A stretch of 64,000 bases of DNA, taken from contig JBAZQK010000008.1 in NCBI GenBank assembly GCA_041645215.1, positions 1,744-65,743 of the forward strand, read 5' to 3'. Source of the stretch: Patescibacteria group bacterium (GTDB taxonomy: Bacteria > Patescibacteriota > Patescibacteriia > Veblenbacterales > UBA10138). Below are positions 53,538 through 61,900 of this stretch, piece after piece (position 1 is the stretch's first letter; every line of letters begins with the position of its first letter). A program made the position numbers and the translations under genes. The notes beneath the pieces are model-generated. The model was not told the origin of the DNA. It did no database searches and saw only the letters and a program-made list of their open reading frames with translations.

Positions 53538-54896
53538 ATGACAGCAACTGACAAAAAAAACGACAAGTTGGCCGCCAGCGAGGAGGAGCCGGTCAATAAA
53601 GTAAAAAAAGTAACTACCCCGCAATTAGTACGGGGTATGCATGATATTTTGCCGGCCGAGTGGCCATGGTGGGATACGGTTTTAAGTGAGGTGGCTACGC
53701 AGGCGGCGACATACGGTTTTGGTCGGATTGAGACGCCGGCGGTAGAAAAGACAGCTTTGTTTACGCGCGCGATTGGCACGGCCACTGATATTGTGGAGAA
53801 AGAGATGTATTCGTTTGTGGACCAATCAGACGATCATTTAAGTTTGCGTCCCGAGTATACCGCCGGTATCGCGCGCGCCTTTATTGAGCATGGTATGTTA
53901 AACTTGCCCCAGCCGGTGAAGCTGTGCGCGATCGGGCCGGTGTTTCGCCATGAACGACCGCAGGCCGGACGTTATCGCGGTTTGTGGCAGGCTGATTTTG
54001 AAACATTAGGGGACGCGTCGCCGGCGTCGGACGCGCAGTTGATAATGGTGGCCGCGTCATTGTTAGAAGGTTTACAGCTTTCGGTTACCGTGCAAATTAA
54101 CAGTGTTGGTTGTTTAAATTGTCGTCCCGCTTACAAACTGGAACTGCAAGATTATTATCGCACTAAACGTTCAGTTTTATGCGAGGATTGTAAAAAGCGC
54201 CTACCGCGCAACCCTTTGCGTTTATTAGATTGCAAACAAGACAATTGTCGTCAGATTGCGGTTAAAGCTCCCCAGTTGGTTGATTCATTGTGTCCGGATT
54301 GCCGTCAGCACTTTGTTAGCGTTTTGGAATATTTGGATGAGGTGGAAATTTCGTATCAACTTAATTCGCAACTGGTCCGGGGTTTGGATTATTATACGCG
54401 GACCGTGTTTGAATTATGGAGTCAGCAGGAGGGGCAGTTAGCTTTAGTCGCCGGCGGGCGCTATGATAATTTAGTGGAAGAATTGGGCGGGCCACCGACG
54501 CCGGCAATTGGTTTCGCGGCCGGGATTGAGCGTTTGATTATTGAAATGAAATCACGCGGCGTGGCGCTGCTAGCTCCGGCCGGAGCCGAAGTATTTGTGG
54601 CTTGTTTGGGCGAGCCGGCTCGTAAACGGGCTTTTAAACTGTTTGATGATTTGCGGCGCCAGGGTGTAAGAGTGGCGGAAAATTTTGCCAAGGACGGTCT
54701 TAAAAGTCAGCTTGAAATTGCTAATCGTCTAAAAGTTAAATTTACTTTGGTGGTCGGGCAAAAAGAATTGATGGACGGCACGATTATTGTGCGCGATATG
54801 GAAAATGGCATTCAGGAGGTTGTTGATTTTAATAAAGTCGTGGCTGAAGTACGGAAACGTTTAGCGGCCCAACAGTCTAATGTGATTTCAACTTAA
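53538..54896 (+). CDS. hisS: Histidyl-tRNA synthetase (housekeeping copy)
   Basis: RGMHD, KEMY, LRPE.TA, FRHERPQAGRYR, RGLDYY, GGRYD. Confidence 0.95.
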   Translation: MTATDKKNDKLAASEEEPVNKVKKVTTPQLVRGMHDILPAEWPWWDTVLSEVATQAATYGFGRIETPAVEKTALFTRAIGTATDIVEKEMYSFVDQSDDHLSLRPEYTAGIARAFIEHGMLNLPQPVKLCAIGPVFRHERPQAGRYRGLWQADFETLGDASPASDAQLIMVAASLLEGLQLSVTVQINSVGCLNCRPAYKLELQDYYRTKRSVLCEDCKKRLPRNPLRLLDCKQDNCRQIAVKAPQLVDSLCPDCRQHFVSVLEYLDEVEISYQLNSQLVRGLDYYTRTVFELWSQQEGQLALVAGGRYDNLVEELGGPPTPAIGFAAGIERLIIEMKSRGVALLAPAGAEVFVACLGEPARKRAFKLFDDLRRQGVRVAENFAKDGLKSQLEIANRLKVKFTLVVGQKELMDGTIIVRDMENGIQEVVDFNKVVAEVRKRLAAQQSNVIST

Positions 54897-55298
54897 ATAG
54901 GACTTAATGAGTCTTTTCCGTCATGCTGAACTTGTCCGCCCAAGGCGGATCTGCCTCGGGCATGATTTCAGCATCTAGTTGTCCACGCCTCCCTCGGCCC
55001 GCCTGCGGCGGTGATTTCAGAATCCCCGATATTAGCCAACAAGAATTACGCCATTATCACTGACAGAATTGTCAGTAGCCACACCGTCAATATGTATGAC
55101 ACCGATCCCACATGGTCGCCGTAAATAAGTATGACACTTAAATATAGAGATTTATCATTAATTTACCCTTAACCACTTAATTAATTTAGTAGGTATGTGA
55201 CCCGGTTATGGCCCCCGCTTGTATTAGCTGATTTGCCTTCCCTATCCTAGAATGATCTATAAGCAGTTGTGATTTTATCCGTTGTAATTTTACGGCCA

Positions 55299-55327
55299 TT
55301 GACAAAACGGCCTGTATACGCTATAGT
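55299..55327 (+). promoter_or_regulatory. Sigma70 promoter of the DGR target gene
   Basis: TTGACA-17 bp-TATAGT. Confidence 0.7.
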
Positions 55328-55408
55328 ACTTTGTTACTGTATTGGTACGTACATTGACAATTAACCCCCGAAATAACGGGGACATCATAACACAAATAAA
55401 AATAAAGG

Positions 55409-56047
55409 ATGACGCCAATGAAAAATATCATTGCCCCCATCGAGACCATAACCAAAGGCCAAGCTGGCAGAGCCGCTGACCGATTTATGGAATTCTGTTA
55501 CAAAAACGCCGCATCGCTTCCCAAGGATACGGTGCAACAAGTCCTTGAGGAAGAAGGAGACCAACTGTCGCAGGAGATGTTCGAAGCCTTGCGCAAACGC
55601 GTCGAAGCTCGCTCATCAATGATTGTGCGCCATGTGAAGGTCAATCGCAAGCAGTCACCCGTACAGGTGATTGATGCAACCGGCCGCGTAAAGTACATAA
55701 ACGATGATACCCTGGCAAGTATGCCAAGTGAAGGAGCGGAAGAGGTTGATATGTACTTTTTCAAGCTCGATAAGTACGTGTCCGTCGATGATCTTGACCG
55801 CGAGTATGAACGCTGCGGTCTGGTACCCGACCCCTATGTGCAGTTACAGGCGAATACCGACGACCCTGCTTTTGCCGATGAGCACCCAAATGGTGGTCAG
55901 TGGCGAGACAGCCAGGGCCGTGCCTGTTACATCGCTTTCGGCCGGGACGGCGACGGGCGCAACGTCGGCGTGCGCCGCAGCAGCCTCGACTGGCATGACG
56001 ACTGGTGGTTCGGTGGCGTCCGCAAGCCTCAGACGCTTGGACAATAA
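55409..56047 (+). CDS. DGR target protein with C-terminal variable region (CLec-like, inferred)
   Basis: Its 3' end is the VR, ending ...VRRSSLDWHDDWWFGGVRK. Confidence 0.88.
   Translation: MTPMKNIIAPIETITKGQAGRAADRFMEFCYKNAASLPKDTVQQVLEEEGDQLSQEMFEALRKRVEARSSMIVRHVKVNRKQSPVQVIDATGRVKYINDDTLASMPSEGAEEVDMYFFKLDKYVSVDDLDREYERCGLVPDPYVQLQANTDDPAFADEHPNGGQWRDSQGRACYIAFGRDGDGRNVGVRRSSLDWHDDWWFGGVRKPQTLGQ
55933..56025 (+). repeat. DGR variable repeat (VR)
   Basis: 93 bp; 14 mismatches to the TR, all at TR adenines. Confidence 0.95.
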
Positions 56048-56083
56048 GTCCTTGGATCGGAATTTTGATCCTTGGTCGTTTCA

Positions 56084-56122
56084 AAAACCCTCTAAGCATA
56101 AGTTGCAGAGGGTTTTATTTTT
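56084..56122 (+). terminator. Hairpin/terminator downstream of the DGR target
   Basis: AAAACCCTCT...AGAGGGTTTT plus T tract. Confidence 0.55.
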
Positions 56123-56362
56123 TACCACGAGCCTGCTAAGCTAAGTTACAGATAAATCCGAACCTGCGGTTACGGCTCCAGGTTATTTATCCCGCACTGC
56201 CGATAACCAGAGTGGCGCATGGGTACTGCTTGTGGCCAGGGTGTTGCCGGTAGCTCCTTAAAGGAGAGACTTGGTGTAGCGCACTAGGGGATAAGATCCC
56301 AAATACTATACAGCCCCGAGAGTACTCAAGGGGTAGTGCTACGGATGGTGTGTTGTACATTC

Positions 56363-56455
56363 CGCTTTCAACCGGAACGGCGACGAGCGCAACGTCAACG
56401 TGAACCGCAACAACAACGACTGGAATGACAACTGGTGGTTCGGTGGCGTCCGCAA
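56363..56455 (+). repeat. DGR template repeat (TR)
   Basis: AAC-rich, non-coding copy of the VR. Confidence 0.95.
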
Positions 56456-56482
56456 ATTTCTCCTAATCTCCTGGTTTACCAA

Positions 56483-56824
56483 CTAGGGGATTTTTGTTAG
56501 TTGTTTTTTCCAACCACCCAGCATTTTGCCGGATTCATTGAGTGGCTCTGACAATTGTGCTATTTTTTTATTGTCAATGGCTTTTATTTCCCAGGCTATT
56601 TGTAGAAAGTATTTTAACAGGTCCAGTTTAATGCAGGCTTTGTCTACGATGATAATTTTTTGTTCCCTGGCGGAGTAGGTAGCTATAATGACGAGTTCAA
56701 TAAGTTCTATAAAGAGCAGATTTATTTTTTCTCCCAGCGAATATCTTGTCAGTCGTTCAATATGTGGCAGATAAGAATGCCATAGTTTGTAGGCTTGAGT
56801 TATTTTTTGCAACACCGGTAACAA
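56483..56824 (-). CDS. avd: DGR accessory variability determinant (bAvd four-helix bundle)
   Basis: RYSLGEKI, LDLLKYFLQIAWE, ESGKMLGGW; lies between TR and RT. Confidence 0.88.
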   Translation of the reverse strand: MLPVLQKITQAYKLWHSYLPHIERLTRYSLGEKINLLFIELIELVIIATYSAREQKIIIVDKACIKLDLLKYFLQIAWEIKAIDNKKIAQLSEPLNESGKMLGGWKKQLTKIP

Positions 56825-56864
56825 TTTTGCTTGAAAGTAGTCGGGGGGGGGTATAGTTAGGATT

Positions 56865-57899
56865 ATGGGAAATAAAATTCAGTTGCTTCATAATTATCAG
56901 TATATCATTTCTTTGGAAAATTTGCTTGGTGCTTGGCAAGAGTTTGTCAAAGGTAAAAAATCAAAACGGGACGTGCAGCAATTTGAATTGCACTTATTGG
57001 ATAATGTTATTGCTCTGCACAATGACTTAGCCGCCAGAGTATATTGCCATTCCACTTATCAGGCTTTTAGGATTTCCGACCCCAAACCCAGGCATATTCA
57101 TAAAGCTAGTGTCCGAGATAGATTGTTGCATCATGCTGTTTACCGGATACTTTATCCGTTTTTTGACAAAACCTTTATAGCCGATTCTTATTCTTGCCGT
57201 CTTAACAAAGGGACGCATAAAGCCATTAACCACTTTAGGAAGTTTGCTTATAAAGTCAGCCGTAATCATACCAGAACTTGTTGGGTGCTAAAATGCGATG
57301 TTAAAAAATTTTTCGCCAGTATTGACCAGGCAATACTTAAGAACATTCTGGAGTATTATATTCCTGATGGAGATATATTGTGGCTTTTGAGGAGGATAAT
57401 AGACAGTTTTAGTTCTGGTCAGCCGGGCAAGGGCCTGCCTTTGGGCAATTTAACTTCGCAACTTTTCTGTAATGTTTATATGAACGAGTTTGACCAGTAT
57501 GTTAAGCACGGGTTAAAGGTAAAATATTATATCCGCTATGCTGATGATTTTGTTGTTATGTCGCATGATAAATATCAGCTAATAAAACAGCAGGAAGAAT
57601 TAGCCAAGTTTTTAGCAGGCAAGCTTAAACTTAGATTGCATGAAGATAAGGTAATTATTAAATCTTTGGTTTCAGGCGTTGATTTTTTAGGGTATGTTTG
57701 TTTGCCTCATTACCGGGTACTGCGCACCAAAACCAAACGGCGAATATTTGGCAAGTTACAACGAAAACAGTTAGCGGTGCGGCAAGGTTTAATACCGCCA
57801 GCGTCACTTAACCAATCAATTCAGTCTTATTTAGGCGTGGTTAAACACTGTAACGGTTTTAAGATTGCGCGCCGGATTAAGGAATTAACAGGTAGTTAG
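56865..57899 (+). CDS. DGR reverse transcriptase
   Basis: DPKPRHI, RDRLLHHA, KCDVKKFF.SI, GLPLGNLTSQ, YIRYADDF, DFLGY. Confidence 0.95.
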   Translation: MGNKIQLLHNYQYIISLENLLGAWQEFVKGKKSKRDVQQFELHLLDNVIALHNDLAARVYCHSTYQAFRISDPKPRHIHKASVRDRLLHHAVYRILYPFFDKTFIADSYSCRLNKGTHKAINHFRKFAYKVSRNHTRTCWVLKCDVKKFFASIDQAILKNILEYYIPDGDILWLLRRIIDSFSSGQPGKGLPLGNLTSQLFCNVYMNEFDQYVKHGLKVKYYIRYADDFVVMSHDKYQLIKQQEELAKFLAGKLKLRLHEDKVIIKSLVSGVDFLGYVCLPHYRVLRTKTKRRIFGKLQRKQLAVRQGLIPPASLNQSIQSYLGVVKHCNGFKIARRIKELTGS

Positions 57900-58114
57900 T
57901 TCACCATTTTGATTTTTTGACTTGACGAGAGACTTTAAAAACGGTACAATATATGTATTGATTTATTCGGTTTGTCATTAATTATATTTATAGATAAGGA
58001 GGTGACCCCGCAGTAGTCCGATGTCCATCGGACACTACGGGGCGAGACGAAGTGATAAACAATCAACTCGTTTAATCAACTTATATAGGTTTATAATTTT
58101 TTAGAGAAAGGAAG

Positions 58115-58399
58115 GTGACCAGCGTGATAGAAGTTAAGCGTAAAGAGGGCGAGTCGGTGGACAGTTTAATTCGCCGTTTTTCCAAAAAAGTTCAGCAGTC
58201 GGGTCTGATTATCCGTACCAAAAAGCGCCAGCATTTTGTTGCTCCATTATCTAAAGGTGAACAGCGGGTCGGAGCCCTGCGGCGGCAAAATATTCGCGAG
58301 CGCAAGGAGTACTTGCGTAAGACCGGGCAGTTGGATGAAGAAGAATTACGTAGCCGTAATCCGCGGGTACGGGCTTTAATTAAACGCGGTTTGCGTTAA
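58115..58399 (+). CDS. rpsU: 30S ribosomal protein S21
   Basis: IEVKRKEGESVDSLIRRFSKKVQQSG; followed by yqeY. Confidence 0.85.
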   Translation: MTSVIEVKRKEGESVDSLIRRFSKKVQQSGLIIRTKKRQHFVAPLSKGEQRVGALRRQNIRERKEYLRKTGQLDEEELRSRNPRVRALIKRGLR

Positions 58400-58469
58400 T
58401 TTATCCGCCTCCGTCCTCCCAAGGAGGACTACGGCGGATTATACCAAATTAATTTAGTGACTTGAGTAT

Positions 58470-58940
58470 ATGGTCGAATTGACAGTTAGCCAAAAAATTG
58501 AACAGGCTATGAAAACGGCCGCTCGGGCGCGCTCGGCTGATTTAGCGACCCTGCGTTTATTAAAGGCGGCCTTACAAAATGAAGCCATCGCCTTTCGCGG
58601 TAAGGGGCAAACGCTGACGGCGACGGATGAATTAACCGTCGTCCGGCGCGAGTTAAAGCGGCGTCAAGAAGCGGCGGAATTGTACAAAAATAATAATCGT
58701 CCCGAGCTAGCCGCCCGGGAGGAAGCCGAAGTCCAGGTTTTACGGCGTTATTTGCCGCCGGCGCCGGCAATTGAAGAGGTCCGGCAGACTATTAAGAATT
58801 TGCAACAGCAATTGGTTTTGAGCGGGCCAGCCGCCGCCGGCCAGCTAATTAAAGCCGTGCTGGATTACTACCACGGAGCAGTTGATGGTTCCACTGTTAG
58901 CCAAGAGGTCCGTCGTATTTTAACTCCAGACAGCCGATAA
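58470..58940 (+). CDS. GatB/YqeY domain protein
   Basis: MKTAAR...TLRLLKAALQN, KRRQEAAELY, E.AEV.VL..YLP. Confidence 0.88.
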   Translation: MVELTVSQKIEQAMKTAARARSADLATLRLLKAALQNEAIAFRGKGQTLTATDELTVVRRELKRRQEAAELYKNNNRPELAAREEAEVQVLRRYLPPAPAIEEVRQTIKNLQQQLVLSGPAAAGQLIKAVLDYYHGAVDGSTVSQEVRRILTPDSR

Positions 58941-58957
58941 AAATTAAACTACGTTCC

Positions 58958-61900
58958 ATGGCCAAATGGTTTAAAGCCAACACCTTCCTGATTTCATACC
59001 GCCGGCGACTGATCGGCGGGGTGAGTATTTTAATCGGCGGGCTGTTTGGGTTTGCTAAACCAGCCTGGGCGCAAAATGCCGGTTTAGAAAATTTGAGCCA
59101 GGCCGGGGTTAACTTGGGCAATCAGGATTTAATTTATACCGTCGCCCGCCTCATTAATATCGGCCTGGGCGTGTTGGGCGTTATCGCCGTGTTGTTAATT
59201 TTGTACGCCGGCTTTATTTGGATGACCTCGCGCGGCAATGAGGAAAAAATTACCCAGGCTAAAAAAATACTTTCGGGCGCGGTAATCGGTTTAGTTATAA
59301 TTTTAGTCAGTTTCGCGGTGGCGTCTTTTATAATTAATAAATTAATTGGCGCCACCGGCGGCCGTAATGGCGGCGGGCCGGTAGTCTGCGCTGATGGTTT
59401 GCCGCCGCCGTGTGTTGGCTTTGACAGATTGCAGGTAGTGTCAACTTCGCCTAAGCCCCAAGCCGAAGGTGTTAAATTGTGCAAGCGGGTGCAGGCGCAG
59501 TTTAATGAGAAGCTCGACCCCGGCACGGTAAAGAATAGTGCCGTCAGAATAGTTGATACCAAAAACACGGCGGTGGCCGCCGATGACGAGACTGTGGCCG
59601 GAACGTTCGCGGTTAGCAATAAATCATTTAGTTTCCGCCATCCTGATTTTGCCCCCGGTAGTCGTTATCAGGCGACAATTGCCAGTGGCAGCGCCGGCGT
59701 TAAAGATATTCGCAATCGCTCGTTGCGAGAGGATAAAAAATGGTATTTTACCACCGGTACCGAAACTGACGCGGTTTTGCCGCAAGTAGTCAGGGTTGAG
59801 CCCGCGCCAGCGTCAACTACGGTTTGTCGTAATACGCCAATTCAAGTGGTGTTCTCGGAAGAAATGGATGCAACTACTTTGAACAGCAATAATATTATTC
59901 TTAAGGATAGCGCCGGTTCTGTTATACCGCTGGCGGATGTGGACGCGGGTAGTGACTTTAAATCAGTGACGATTTACGCCGCGGCGGTGTTGGCCGCTAA
60001 CAGTAGTTTTACCGTAACTTTAAAAAGCGGTCCGGATGGCATTGCGGACGCTTGCGGCAACCAGCTTGATGGTAACAAGAATGGTAAAGTTGACGGTACG
60101 CCGGCCGATGATTATTCTTGGAGCTTTACCACTGGTGAAATCACTGAATGTAAGCCAGTGCTGAATGACTTGTTGCCTAGCAGCGGCTATTACGGCGATG
60201 AAACAATTTTGAGCGGAAAAAATTTTGGCATTACCGGTGAAGTGATGTTCAATAATTTTCCGGCTGATAGCAACAGTTGGGGCGGCAGTGATAATGTTAT
60301 TTGTTGGGGCAGCGGCGCTTGTCTGGCTAACACCATTAAAGTTAAAGTGCCGGTCGGTTTTGAGCTTGGTCGATTTAATGATGTCGCTGTCAAAGTTAAG
60401 GTCGGACGGGAATCAAGCGCTGACAAACCATTCGCTTTGTTGTCGCCATACGTGCGGGCGCTTAGCCCTAATCACGGCCCGCCGGGGCAATTTATTACCG
60501 TGTTTGGTTTGAATTTTGGCACTACCGTGGGCACGGTTAAATTTGGCACGGTGTCAGCCGAACTCGCTTGCAGTGCCAGTAACAGTTGGTCGGATCGTGA
60601 AATCGTGGTTAAGGTGCCGGCCAGTTTAGCTGTGGGCGATTATGAAGTACAAATTTTAACAACGGCTAATAAACCCAGTAACAAGAAAGATTTTACGGTT
60701 GATAATAGTCTTTTAGCCCCGGGTTTATGCGAAGTGCGGCCGCAGTGCGCCGCGACCGCCGGCGGAGCAATTGATGAAATTGCCGGCACGCGTTTTGGCG
60801 CCAGCCGCGGCCGTAGTGTTATAAATTTAGCTGGCTATAATATCGCGCCCACCGGACAATGGCGCGACAATTTAATTAAGACTACGCCAGTGCCGGCTGA
60901 TTTGAGCGATGATAATCACCTGGCGCGGGTGGTGGTTAATAATTTAATGAGTAATGCCAGGTATTATGACATTCCTTGCGTCGGTGTAATTTATCCCGAG
61001 GTGGTGGAAGAGCGAACTTGTGAATTGGAAACGCAAACCCCCAGCCCCTGGAAAGATAGCAGTGAGGCGTGTAAGAACGGTCTTATTTCCGCGCGTTTTA
61101 CGGTGCCGATGGCCGCCGCGACTTTAGCGCCGGTTAATATAGTTTTGCAAAAATGCGGGAGCGGCGCCAATTTTGACGCCAGCGCCTGCCAGCAAACAGT
61201 TAATTTAGTTGATATGGATACAATTCCGGCGGGCGAGGATTCTAATCCGATTGGTTTTTTTGCCGCGCCGGCCGGCGGCTTGGCGGCTAATACCTGGTAT
61301 CAAACAACTATTAAGACCGCCGTTACCAGTTCAACCGGCAGACCCTTAAGGTCGGAATACAAATGGCATTTTAAGTCGCGTACTGATACAACCAATTGCG
61401 CCATCAATAAAGTCAGTTGCGCGCCGCCGACAGCTTATATTAGATCACTAGCCGGTCCGGATAATACTCAAGCCTATAACGCCAACGCGGTCGCTAATAA
61501 TTGTAATTTATTAAACCAACAATCTTACAATTATACTTGGACCTCGTCGGATAATTCTAAGGCGACTGTCAGCGCCGGGGTTTTGAATTATAAAGCGGAG
61601 GCCGAGGCCAAGGATTGGACCAGCGCTGACAATCCAGTTAAAATCAAGGCCCGCATTGATAGTGAAAATAAAGAAGGTTTATGTAATTTAAATATTTCTA
61701 CCACCGCCTGTCGGGAGAATAAGGATTGCCAAGCTTGCGGGCCCGGCGTATCAAGTTGCGTCGCCGGCAGTTGCACGCCGGTAATAAAAGATTTTTCGCC
61801 GGCCGATGGCGCGGTCGGAACCTGGATTACTATAGATGGCTGTTACTTTGGCGAAACTCAAGGCCGGGTGCTCTATACTAAGGCCGGCAGTGGAACAGTT

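Noticed and set aside
56865-57899. RT as a group II intron or retron
   Set aside because: No maturase/endonuclease extension; the adjacent avd and adenine-specific TR/VR pair define a DGR.
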